Assembly (NCBI GenBank): GCA_963757655.1
Contig: CAVWSQ010000006.1
Location: forward strand, 293,356-357,355
Length of the DNA: 64,000 nt
DNA from: an uncultured Acidobacteriota bacterium
GTDB lineage: Bacteria; Acidobacteriota; Vicinamibacteria; Vicinamibacterales; CAVVIG01
Direction of reading: 5' to 3'
Shown: in pieces, positions 47,304 to 56,070 of the stretch
How the letters are laid out: the number at the start of each line of letters is the position of its first letter
Position numbering within the stretch: the first letter of the stretch is position 1
Made by a program: the position numbers and the translations under genes
The notes under the pieces: model-generated
What the model was told of the DNA's origin: nothing
Database searches by the model: none
The model's input: the letters and a program-made list of their open reading frames with translations, nothing else

Positions 47304-48517
47304 CGCCGCTCACGCAGACGGCAGACCTCGCTATCCCGGAACTGGCCGGCCTGCAGCGGCGCGTCCTGCTGGCTGGCGCGGCTGGCGCGGCCGTGGCCGT
47401 GGTCGGCCTGTTCACGAACATCCAGCAGTTCATGCAGTCGTACCTGATGGCCTACATGTTCTGCCTCGGCCTGACGCTGGGCTGTCTGGCGCTCGGCATG
47501 GTCCATCAACTCTCGGGTGGCGCCTGGGGCGTCGTCATCCGCCGGCCGATCGGCGCGGCCTCGCGCACGCTGCCGGTGATGACGATCCTGTTCCTGCCGC
47601 TCGCATTCGGCATGCGCTATCTCTACGTGTGGACCAACGCCGACCTGGTCGCGCACGACGCCGTACTGCAGCACAAGCAGCTCTACCTCAATACACCGTT
47701 CTTCCTCATCCGGGCCGCCATCTACTTCGCGGTCTGGAACACGCTCGCCTACTTCCTCAACAGCTGGTCGCTGCGACAGGACCGGACAGCGGAGAAAAGC
47801 CTCGCCCGTCGCATGCAGATGCTCAGCGGCGGCGGCCTGGTCGCCTACGGCCTCACCATCACCTTCGCGTCGTTCGACTGGCTGATGTCGCTGGAGCCGC
47901 ACTGGTTCTCGACCATCTTCGGCGTGTTGATCCTGGGCGGCCAGGGTCTCTCGGCGCTGGCCTTCCTCATCATCGTGCTGGTGTGGCTCAGTCGCCGCGC
48001 TCCGCTCGATCGGATTGTCGTGCCGGCGCACTTCCACGACCTCGGCAACCTGATGCTCGCGTTCGTGATGCTGTGGGCGTACTTCTCGTTCTCGCAGTAC
48101 CTGATCATCTGGTCGGGCAACCTGCCGGCCGAAATCGCCTGGTACGTGCACCGGCTCCAGACCGGGTGGCGGTGGGTTGGCATTGCGCTGATCCTCGGTC
48201 ATTTTGTCGTGCCTTTCGTGGTGCTGCTCTCGCGCCAGGTCAAGCGCCAACCCGATCTGCTGCTCAAGGTTGCGGTGTTCGTGCTGCTGGCGCGTCTGAT
48301 CGATCTGTTCTGGTTGATCGCTCCCGAATTCCATCAGCACGGCATTGTCGTCAGCTGGCTCGACGTCGTGCTGCCGTTGTCGCTCGGCGCGATCTGGGTC
48401 GGCTGCTTCATCTGGCAGCTCCGCGGCCGGGCGATCCTGCCGCTCCACGATCCCGAGTTCGACGAGGCGCTCGGACGCATCATCGAGCGCGACGCGCCGC
48501 CGAGGACCGCGCACTAG
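47300..48517 (+). CDS. actF: Alternative complex III membrane subunit F
   Basis: DWLMSLEPHWFST, HDLG, FSQYLIIW.GNLP.E; GTG overlaps the actE stop. Confidence 0.9.
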   Translation: MTPLTQTADLAIPELAGLQRRVLLAGAAGAAVAVVGLFTNIQQFMQSYLMAYMFCLGLTLGCLALGMVHQLSGGAWGVVIRRPIGAASRTLPVMTILFLPLAFGMRYLYVWTNADLVAHDAVLQHKQLYLNTPFFLIRAAIYFAVWNTLAYFLNSWSLRQDRTAEKSLARRMQMLSGGGLVAYGLTITFASFDWLMSLEPHWFSTIFGVLILGGQGLSALAFLIIVLVWLSRRAPLDRIVVPAHFHDLGNLMLAFVMLWAYFSFSQYLIIWSGNLPAEIAWYVHRLQTGWRWVGIALILGHFVVPFVVLLSRQVKRQPDLLLKVAVFVLLARLIDLFWLIAPEFHQHGIVVSWLDVVLPLSLGAIWVGCFIWQLRGRAILPLHDPEFDEALGRIIERDAPPRTAH

Positions 48518-48519
48518 CC

Positions 48520-48915
48520 ATGGCGCATGAGGAACCGGTGCCCCCCGAGAGTCATCACGAGCACAGCGATGTCAACATCGTGGCCATCCTCGGCTTCGGC
48601 GCCGCGCTGTTCGTCGTGGCAGCGGTGGTCCACCTGCTCATCTACGTGCTGTTCGGCTACTTCAACAGTCGCGAGAACGCGAGAGTGCCGCCCGAGTACC
48701 CGTTGGCTGCGTCGCAGGGTCGCCGCGAGCCGCCGGAGCCGCGGCTGCAGATCGACCCACGCCAGGACCTGGCCGATCTGCGCGCCAAGGAAGACCAGCA
48801 GCTCAGCTCGTACGGCTGGGTGGACCGGAACGCCGGTATCGTTCGCATCCCGATTGAAGCGGCCATGAAACTGACGCTGGAGCGCGGTCTGCCCGCGCGG
48901 CAGGAGAGCAAGTGA
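48520..48915 (+). CDS. ActG-like single-TM subunit
   Basis: PPEPRLQ, LSSYGWVD...RIPIEAAM; position between actF and sco. Confidence 0.78.
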   Translation: MAHEEPVPPESHHEHSDVNIVAILGFGAALFVVAAVVHLLIYVLFGYFNSRENARVPPEYPLAASQGRREPPEPRLQIDPRQDLADLRAKEDQQLSSYGWVDRNAGIVRIPIEAAMKLTLERGLPARQESK

Positions 48916-49901
48916 CCACCGTCGCATCGACACAGAGGACGCAAAGGACACCAAGGTCCGTCAGCTGTTTTTGGGTTCTTGCCCTCGTGTCCCTCGTGTC
49001 CTTTGTATTGGGCCCCCCGCAGGCGGTGCACGCGCAGATGGCCGGCGGCCCAGCCAGCGCCGGGTACAAGCGGGAGCCGGGCATTTCCTCCTCCGCGCTG
49101 CCGGCGCCGCTGCGCGAGATCGGATTCGATCAGAACATCGACCAGCGACTGCCGCTCGACACCACGTTCCGCGACGAATCTGGCACGACCGTGCGGCTCG
49201 GCGACTACTTCGGGAAGAGGCCAGTGGTTCTGGTGTTCGCCTACTTCGACTGCCCGATGCTGTGCACGCAGGTGATCAACGGCTTGTCGAGTGCCCTCGG
49301 CGTGCTGTCGCTGAACCCCGGCCAGGACTTCGAGATCGTGACCGTGAGCTTCAACCCGCGCGACACACCGGCATCGGCGACCGCGAAAAAGGCCGTTTAT
49401 CTCGAGCGCTACCGGCGGCCGGGCGCCGCAGCGGCGTGGCACTTCCTGACCGGCGATCAGCCGCAGATCGATCGTCTGACCAGGGCCGCAGGCTTCCGCT
49501 ACGTCTGGGACGAGGAGACCAAGCAGTTCGCTCATCCCAGCGGCGTGATCGTCGTCACGCCGGACGGCCGATTGTCGAAGTACCTGTTCGGGATCGAGTA
49601 CGGGCCGCGCGATCTGCGCTTCGGGCTGGTCGAGGCGTCGGCCGGCAAGGTTGGCAACGTCGCCGATGCGCTGCTCCTCTATTGCTATCACTACGACCCG
49701 ACGACCGGACGCTACGGCCTCGCGATCATGCGCGCGGTGCGGCTGGCCGGTGCCGGCACCGTCCTTGCCCTCGGCGCCTTCATCGTCATCATGGTTCGGC
49801 GGGAGCGCAAACCTGGGAACCGGAATCGCGGATCCGGATCGCTGAACCGTGAGGGCCGAACCCTGAACCCCGAACGCCAGTCCCTGAGCCCCAAGCCCTG
49901 A
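48912..49901 (+). CDS. SCO1/SenC copper chaperone
   Basis: CPMLC (CxxxC), QFAH, CYHYDP. Confidence 0.92.
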   Translation: MTTVASTQRTQRTPRSVSCFWVLALVSLVSFVLGPPQAVHAQMAGGPASAGYKREPGISSSALPAPLREIGFDQNIDQRLPLDTTFRDESGTTVRLGDYFGKRPVVLVFAYFDCPMLCTQVINGLSSALGVLSLNPGQDFEIVTVSFNPRDTPASATAKKAVYLERYRRPGAAAAWHFLTGDQPQIDRLTRAAGFRYVWDEETKQFAHPSGVIVVTPDGRLSKYLFGIEYGPRDLRFGLVEASAGKVGNVADALLLYCYHYDPTTGRYGLAIMRAVRLAGAGTVLALGAFIVIMVRRERKPGNRNRGSGSLNREGRTLNPERQSLSPKP

Positions 49902-49902
49902 T

Positions 49903-50853
49903 ATGTGGTCCGGTACTCCACTGTTTCCCGAGCAGGCGTCGACGATGGCGAGTCGCGTCGACGCGCTGTATTTCTTCCTGCTCGCGGTCGCTACGTTTTT
50001 CTCGCTGCTGATCGCCGGCCTGATTGTCTACTACGCGATCCGCTACCGCCGTCGCGATCCGCTCGGCGTCGGCGAGGTGCTGCACGGCATGATGGCGCTC
50101 GAGATCGGCTGGACGGTGATCCCGTTCATCATCTCGATGGTGATCTTCGTCTGGAGCGCCAGCGTCTTCTTCGCGATCTCGCGGCCGCCCGACGAGACGA
50201 TGAATGTCTATGTGGTCGGCAAGCAGTGGATGTGGAAGTTCCAGCATCTCGACGGCCAGCGCGAGATCAACGAGCTGCACGTGCCGGTGGGGCGACCGGT
50301 CAAGCTGATCATGACCTCCGAGGACGTCATCCACGACGTGTTCGTCCCGGCGTTCCGCGTCAAGGCGGACGTCATCCCGGGCCGCTACACCAACCTCTGG
50401 TTCCAGCCGACCAAACCAGGCCGCTACCACCTGTTCTGCGCCGAGTATTGCGGCACGCGCCATTCCGGAATGACTGGCGAGGTGATCGTCATGGAACCGA
50501 GCGAGTTCCAGACCTGGCTGAGCGGCGGGGCACCCGAAGGATCGCTGGCCTCGGCCGGCGCCAAGCTGTTCCAGGATCTCGCGTGCAACACCTGCCACCG
50601 CCCCGACGCCCAGGGGCGAGGACCTGTGCTGGAGGGACTGTTCGGCAACACCGTCCATCTGCAGAGCGGCGAGACGGCGACCGTCGACGAAGCCTACGTG
50701 CGCGAATCCATTCTCAATCCGGCGGCGAAAGTCACCGCCGGCTTCCAGCCGATCATGCCGACCTTCCAGGGCCTGGTCAGCGAAGAGCAGCTGCTGGAGC
50801 TGATCGAATACGTCAAGTCGCTGAAGGCGCTGCCGCAAGTGCAGACAAGGTAG
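49903..50853 (+). CDS. ctaC: Cytochrome c oxidase subunit II with fused cytochrome c (caa3 type)
   Basis: [16 protein letters not shown] CuA motif; CNTCH. Confidence 0.96.
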   Translation: MWSGTPLFPEQASTMASRVDALYFFLLAVATFFSLLIAGLIVYYAIRYRRRDPLGVGEVLHGMMALEIGWTVIPFIISMVIFVWSASVFFAISRPPDETMNVYVVGKQWMWKFQHLDGQREINELHVPVGRPVKLIMTSEDVIHDVFVPAFRVKADVIPGRYTNLWFQPTKPGRYHLFCAEYCGTRHSGMTGEVIVMEPSEFQTWLSGGAPEGSLASAGAKLFQDLACNTCHRPDAQGRGPVLEGLFGNTVHLQSGETATVDEAYVRESILNPAAKVTAGFQPIMPTFQGLVSEEQLLELIEYVKSLKALPQVQTR

Positions 50854-50855
50854 TC

Positions 50856-52478
50856 ATGGCCAGTCCGACGGTTTTCATGCCCCCACGGCACTATCTCAAC
50901 GACGGCTACGGCATCCGTTCGTGGCTGCTGACCCGCGACCATAAACGCATCGGGCTGCTCTACCTCGCCGCGATCACCGTCTTCTTCTTCATCGGCGGCG
51001 CCTTCGCCGTGCTGATCCGGCTCGAGCTCGCCACCCCGGTCGGCGATCTGGTCTCGGACGAAACCTACAACAAGCTGTTCACCATGCACGGCGTGATGAT
51101 GGTGTTCTTCTTCCTCATCCCGTCGATTCCGGCCACGCTGGGCAACTTTCTCGTGCCGCTGATGATCGGGGCCAAGGATCTCGCGTTCCCGAAGCTGAAC
51201 CTGGCGAGCTGGTACATTTACATCATCGGCGGCAGCTTCACCCTCTACGCCCTGGTATCGGGCGGCGTCGACACCGGCTGGACCTTCTACACGCCGTTCA
51301 GCACGGTGTCGTCGACCACCAACGTGATTCCGGTGGCGCTCGGCGTGTTCATCACCGGGTTCTCATCCATTCTCACTGGTCTCAATTTCATCGTCACGAT
51401 CCACCGGATGCGCGCGCCCGGAATGACCTGGTTCCGGATGCCCCTGTTCCTCTGGTCGATATACGCCACCAGCCTGATCTTCGTCCTCGGCACGCCGGTG
51501 ATCGCCATCACCCTCCTGCTGGTCGCGGCCGAGCGCATTTTCCATTTCGGCTTTTTCGATCCGCGGCTCGGCGGAGACCCGGTGCTGTTCCAGCATCTGT
51601 TCTGGTTCTACTCGCACCCGGCGGTCTACATCATGATCCTGCCGGCGATGGGGGTGGTCAGCGAGCTGGTGGCGGCGTTCTGCCGCAAACAGGTCTTCGG
51701 CTACAAGTTCGTGGCGTTTGCGAGCGTGGCGATCGCGGTGCTCGGCTTCCTGGTGTGGGGCCACCACATGTTCGTGGCTGGCATCTCGGTTTACTCGGCG
51801 CTGATCTTCTCGATCCTCAGCTTCCTGGTCGCCGTGCCGTCGGCCGTGAAAGTCTTCAACTGGACGGCGACGATGTACAAAGGATCGATCTCGTGGCAGA
51901 CGCCGATGCTCTACGCCATCGGTTTCATCGGGCTGTTCACGATCGGCGGGCTGACCGGCCTCTTCCTGGCCGCGGTCGGCCTCGACGTGCACGTGACCGA
52001 CACCTATTTCATCATCGCCCACTTCCACTACATCATGGTCGGCGGCGCGCTGATGGGCTACCTGGGCGGGCTGCACTACTGGTGGCCGAAAATCAGCGGC
52101 CGACTCTACAACGAGTTCCTCGCAAAAATCAGCGCGGCGATCATCTTTCTCGGTTTCAACCTGACGTTCTTTCCCCAGTTCATCCTCGGCTACCTCGGGA
52201 TGCCGCGCCGCTATCACGCCTATCCGCCCGAGTTCCAGGTGCTGAACGTGCTGTCGTCGGCGGGCGCGTCCATCCTCGGCGTCGGCTACCTGATTCCGAT
52301 GCTCTATCTGATGTGGTCGCTGCGCTACGGCCGGATCGCAGGCGCCAACCCGTGGGGCGCGGTGGGCCTGGAGTGGACGACGACGTCGCCGCCGCCGACG
52401 GAGAATTTCGTGGAGACGCCGATCGTCACCTGGGAGGCCTACGACTACAAAGCGCCGGTGGAGCACCATGTCGCATGA
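50856..52478 (+). CDS. ctaD: Cytochrome c oxidase subunit I, type A2
   Basis: [25 protein letters not shown] (YS motif), WGHHM, AHFHY, MPRRY. Confidence 0.97.
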   Translation: MASPTVFMPPRHYLNDGYGIRSWLLTRDHKRIGLLYLAAITVFFFIGGAFAVLIRLELATPVGDLVSDETYNKLFTMHGVMMVFFFLIPSIPATLGNFLVPLMIGAKDLAFPKLNLASWYIYIIGGSFTLYALVSGGVDTGWTFYTPFSTVSSTTNVIPVALGVFITGFSSILTGLNFIVTIHRMRAPGMTWFRMPLFLWSIYATSLIFVLGTPVIAITLLLVAAERIFHFGFFDPRLGGDPVLFQHLFWFYSHPAVYIMILPAMGVVSELVAAFCRKQVFGYKFVAFASVAIAVLGFLVWGHHMFVAGISVYSALIFSILSFLVAVPSAVKVFNWTATMYKGSISWQTPMLYAIGFIGLFTIGGLTGLFLAAVGLDVHVTDTYFIIAHFHYIMVGGALMGYLGGLHYWWPKISGRLYNEFLAKISAAIIFLGFNLTFFPQFILGYLGMPRRYHAYPPEFQVLNVLSSAGASILGVGYLIPMLYLMWSLRYGRIAGANPWGAVGLEWTTTSPPPTENFVETPIVTWEAYDYKAPVEHHVA

Positions 52479-53142
52479 CGTCGCGGGCCACCCGGCCGAG
52501 CATCCCGCGCTCGCCCATCATTTCGACAGCATGGCGCAGCAGACCGAAGCGACCACCCTCGGCATGTGGGTGTTCCTGGTCACCGAAGTGTTGTTCTTCG
52601 GCGGCCTGTTCGCGACCTATATGATCTACCGCACCTGGTATCCGGAGGCGTTTACAGCCGCCAGCCGCGAGCTGGTGGTCTGGGCCGGCACCACTAACAC
52701 CGCCGTCCTCATCACCAGCAGCCTGACGATGGCGCTGGCGGTGCGCGCCGCGCAGATGGGCCAGCGCCGCATGTTGATGGCCCTGCTGATCGCGACCATG
52801 GCGCTCGGTTGCGTGTTCCTCGGCATCAAGGCCTTCGAGTACTACACCGAGTACATCGAGCATCACGTGCCGGGAGCCGAGTTCCAGTTCGAAGCGGAAC
52901 ACGCCCGCCACGCGCAGATCTTCTTCTCGCTCTATTTCGTGATGACCGGCTTGCACGCGCTGCACATGATTATCGGGCTCGGGATCATGTCGGTGATGTT
53001 CTGGTGGTCGTGGAACGGCACCATCACCGCGGAGTACTCCAGCCCGATCGAGATCAGCGGTCTCTACTGGCATTTCGTCGACATCGTCTGGATTTTCCTA
53101 TTCCCGCTTTTGTATCTGATCGGGCGGCACGTGCATGGCTGA
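52468..53142 (+). CDS. ctaE: Cytochrome c oxidase subunit III
   Basis: [24 protein letters not shown]. Confidence 0.95.
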   Translation: MSHDVAGHPAEHPALAHHFDSMAQQTEATTLGMWVFLVTEVLFFGGLFATYMIYRTWYPEAFTAASRELVVWAGTTNTAVLITSSLTMALAVRAAQMGQRRMLMALLIATMALGCVFLGIKAFEYYTEYIEHHVPGAEFQFEAEHARHAQIFFSLYFVMTGLHALHMIIGLGIMSVMFWWSWNGTITAEYSSPIEISGLYWHFVDIVWIFLFPLLYLIGRHVHG

Positions 53143-53428
53143 ACACATCACGCCGACGCGAACCTACTACAGCATCTTCGCGATCCTCATGTTCTGCACC
53201 TATCTCACGTGGCAGGTCGCGTATTTCGATCTTGGGCCGTTCAACACGGTCGCGGCGCTCGGCATCGCCATCTTCAAGGCGACACTGGTCGTGCTCTTCT
53301 TCATGCACGTGAAGGACAGCTCGCGGCTGACGTGGGCCGTCGTCATCGGCAGCATCTTCTGGCTGGGCATCCTGCTGGCACTCACGCTCAGCGACTATCT
53401 GACACGGGTGTGGAGGACGTACGGATAG
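53135..53428 (+). CDS. ctaF: Cytochrome c oxidase subunit IV (caa3-type)
   Basis: Three TMs; [13 protein letters not shown]; last gene of the operon. Confidence 0.88.
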   Translation: MAEHITPTRTYYSIFAILMFCTYLTWQVAYFDLGPFNTVAALGIAIFKATLVVLFFMHVKDSSRLTWAVVIGSIFWLGILLALTLSDYLTRVWRTYG

Positions 53429-53447
53429 GGTCTGGAAGGGCAGCAGG

Positions 53448-54458
53448 ATGGGCGGGAAAGGCAGGAGGGGCAGGAGCGCCGAGAGGGACTGGAGAGGAAC
53501 GCGCTCAGCCGATGGATGCCGTCCTGCCCGTCATGTCGTTTCCACCTTCCTCGTTCTCTGCTCGCTTTCCCTCTTTGCCGCGGATCACCTCTCCTGGGGC
53601 CTGGACCGGATCGATCAACGCGCGCTGCCGCTCGACGAGCGTTTCACGCCTCCCGGCGACGGCGCCGGCGTTCACGCCTATGTGATCGATACCGGAGTCC
53701 GCCGCACCCATCACGAGTTCGGCGGCCGGGTCGACTGGATCGGTGACTTCACCACCGGCTCCGGCGACACGTTGGGCACCACCGACGCAGACGACTGCGA
53801 TCCGCCGCCGTCGCCTGAACGCGGCCACGGCACGCACGTCGCCAGCATCCTGGGCGGACGAACATTCGGCGTCGCGCGCGCGGTGCGCATCCACGCGCTG
53901 CGGATCCTGCCGTGCACGGGTACGACGCGCACCGACTTCAGCGCGGCAGTCCGTGCCGTCGAGTGGATCACGGCGCACGGATCGAAGCCGGCGGTCGTCA
54001 ACATCAGCCCGGCGAGATTCGAAACCGCCGATCACGCACTCGACGAAGCGATCAGACGTTCGATCCGGGCGGGATTCCTCTATGTGTTGTCCGCCGGCGG
54101 GATGACGAACCTTGACTCTTACTCCCCGCAGCGCGTGGCAGAGGCGATTACCGTGGGAGCCACGGATGCGTCCGACGTCGCCCGGCAGAGCGGCTATGGC
54201 CCGCACCTGACGCTGTTCGCGCCCGGCATCGGGATTCAGGGCGCTGGCAGCGCGAGCGATAGCGCCGCCTTTTCCGGCGACGGCGATTCGTATGCGGCGC
54301 CGCTGGCAGCGGGCGTCGCCGCGTTGTATCTGCAGACGCACCCACAGGCTACGCCGGCCGACGTCAAGGCCGCAATCCTCGCTGCCGCCACTCGCGATGT
54401 GGTCAAGCACGCCGGCGCGGCGCCGGCGCGGCTGCTCCACGTGGTTGATCGCTCGTAG
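53448..54458 (+). CDS. S8 subtilisin/aqualysin-like serine peptidase with atypical active-site context (start uncertain)
   Basis: WGLDRIDQR, YVIDTG, GHGTHVA, GDSYAAP. Confidence 0.82.
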   Translation: MGGKGRRGRSAERDWRGTRSADGCRPARHVVSTFLVLCSLSLFAADHLSWGLDRIDQRALPLDERFTPPGDGAGVHAYVIDTGVRRTHHEFGGRVDWIGDFTTGSGDTLGTTDADDCDPPPSPERGHGTHVASILGGRTFGVARAVRIHALRILPCTGTTRTDFSAAVRAVEWITAHGSKPAVVNISPARFETADHALDEAIRRSIRAGFLYVLSAGGMTNLDSYSPQRVAEAITVGATDASDVARQSGYGPHLTLFAPGIGIQGAGSASDSAAFSGDGDSYAAPLAAGVAALYLQTHPQATPADVKAAILAAATRDVVKHAGAAPARLLHVVDRS

Positions 54459-54492
54459 GATGTCCAGCGAACGCCGACACCCGCCGACGTAG

Positions 54493-54653
54493 GTAGTGTC
54501 CGGCTTTAGCCGGACTGCTCAGAGGTCCGTCTGAAGACGGACACTACACGGTCCGTCTGAAGACGGACACTACACGGTCCGCCTGAAGACGGACACTACA
54601 CGGTCCGCCTGAACACGGACACTACACGGTCCGCCTGAAGACGGACACTACAC
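54493..54653. repeat. REP cluster: one GTAGTGTCCGGCTTTAGCCGGAC plus five tandem inverted 26-bp copies
   Basis: GGTCCG(T/C)CTGAA(G/C)ACGGACACTACAC at 54524, 54550, 54576, 54602 and 54628, between convergent genes. Confidence 0.93.
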
Positions 54654-54656
54654 CTG

Positions 54657-55985
54657 TCAGCGGGCGACGCACGCCGGCCCAGGCCCGAGCAATTCAGCCT
54701 GCGGATTGGCGGTGCCCATCTGCGACAAGCGCACCCGCACCGCGCCGCAGTTGTTGGTTCGATCGCTCTCGATGAGGCGATCGGTGGGATCGACGGTGGT
54801 ATCGAGGATGTAGTCGCCGTCGGGAACGCCCGTCACCTCCACGTACTGGCCGGGCAGGAACCAGTTGTACTCGTCGGTCCAACCCACCGACATCCCCTGC
54901 TTGAAGTGATCGAGACCGGCGCTGGTCGTATCGGGTTCGAGGCAGTTGGGCGCCGGATAGGCATCGGCACCGAACGCACGCTGTGCCCAGTAGTCGGGAT
55001 CGATGTTGGTGGTGGCGATGCAGAACGACACCTTGTTGCCGGTCGCGACGGGAGCATTGCCGGCGCGCCGGCCGCGCGAGTTCGTCCGCCACAGATTCGA
55101 CTGCGCAAAGCCATCGAAGTGATAGTGCTGGTGGATGGCGTGCCAGTGCACGTTGCCCGCCGGCACGTCCGAGAACGTGCCGTTCGAGCGATAGATCCGC
55201 TGCACGGTCGGAACTTCCTGATCGTCGACCGGCGGCACGCCGGCAGGTTGGCTGAAACGGATGTCGAGCGCACCCTTGCCGATGTTGCCAAGCACCTGAT
55301 CGAACCGCAGACAGGTGTGGGCGTGATCCTCGTCGATCTCGCTCTGATGGCAGGTCGATCCCGCCGGCGCCGGATCGTTGAAGATGTCGAACGGCGGCCC
55401 GAACGTCACGTTCTGCTGCGGCAGCGCGACCAGATCGGGCAGCAGATCGCGGATCGGATGCTTGATCGGGTCGTACATCACCTGGGCGAGGCCTTCGTAG
55501 CCGATCGACGGTGTCGGCTCGGGATTGCCGAAGGCGATGCCGTCGACCACATAGACCTGGTAGATGCCGTTGGCGGCTGCCGGAAGCAACACTGACTGTG
55601 CGGTACCGACCTGGGCGGTCGACGTGGCAATCCGCTGCCCGTCGCGATACACCGCCAGCGCGAGATTGTCGTCCGGTGTGCCGGCGATGAACCGGATTGC
55701 GATTTGCACTCCGCCGGAGCGCAGTTGCCAGAGGTGGCGGGGCAGATCGATCTTGACCTGGACGCGCTCGCAGCTCACGGCCACGCATTCAGCCACCTCG
55801 GGTGCACGCGGACCGTCGCGCAGCACCGTACCGGTCCAGAGTTCGGGCCTGCCCGCACGCGGCTGCCCGGCGATGGAATCGACGACGATTCGAGTGTGCG
55901 ACGGAGAAGGCGATGCATCGGCGACTCGCGCGACAGGAAGCGCGAGCAGCAGCGTGGCGATCGAACAGGCGCGGCATCCGGACAT
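54657..55985 (-). CDS. Secreted lysyl-oxidase-domain protein
   Basis: WHAIHQHYH copper motif, GNKVSFC, QGMSVGWTDEY...GQYVEVTGVPDGDY, ESDRTNN; GGAGG SD; signal peptide. Confidence 0.82.
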   Translation of the reverse strand: MSGCRACSIATLLLALPVARVADASPSPSHTRIVVDSIAGQPRAGRPELWTGTVLRDGPRAPEVAECVAVSCERVQVKIDLPRHLWQLRSGGVQIAIRFIAGTPDDNLALAVYRDGQRIATSTAQVGTAQSVLLPAAANGIYQVYVVDGIAFGNPEPTPSIGYEGLAQVMYDPIKHPIRDLLPDLVALPQQNVTFGPPFDIFNDPAPAGSTCHQSEIDEDHAHTCLRFDQVLGNIGKGALDIRFSQPAGVPPVDDQEVPTVQRIYRSNGTFSDVPAGNVHWHAIHQHYHFDGFAQSNLWRTNSRGRRAGNAPVATGNKVSFCIATTNIDPDYWAQRAFGADAYPAPNCLEPDTTSAGLDHFKQGMSVGWTDEYNWFLPGQYVEVTGVPDGDYILDTTVDPTDRLIESDRTNNCGAVRVRLSQMGTANPQAELLGPGPACVAR

Positions 55986-56070
55986 GGCAACCCTCCGTCG
56001 GATATGGATGGGCGCCAATTTATCTTGAAATCACAAAGACGGGCAAGGCCTGTGGATATAATTTCCACGC

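Noticed and set aside
54524-54653. Possible CRISPR array (five 26-bp palindromic repeats)
   Set aside because: Units abut with no unique spacers, no cas genes are nearby, and the sequence is the dispersed GTAG REP family.
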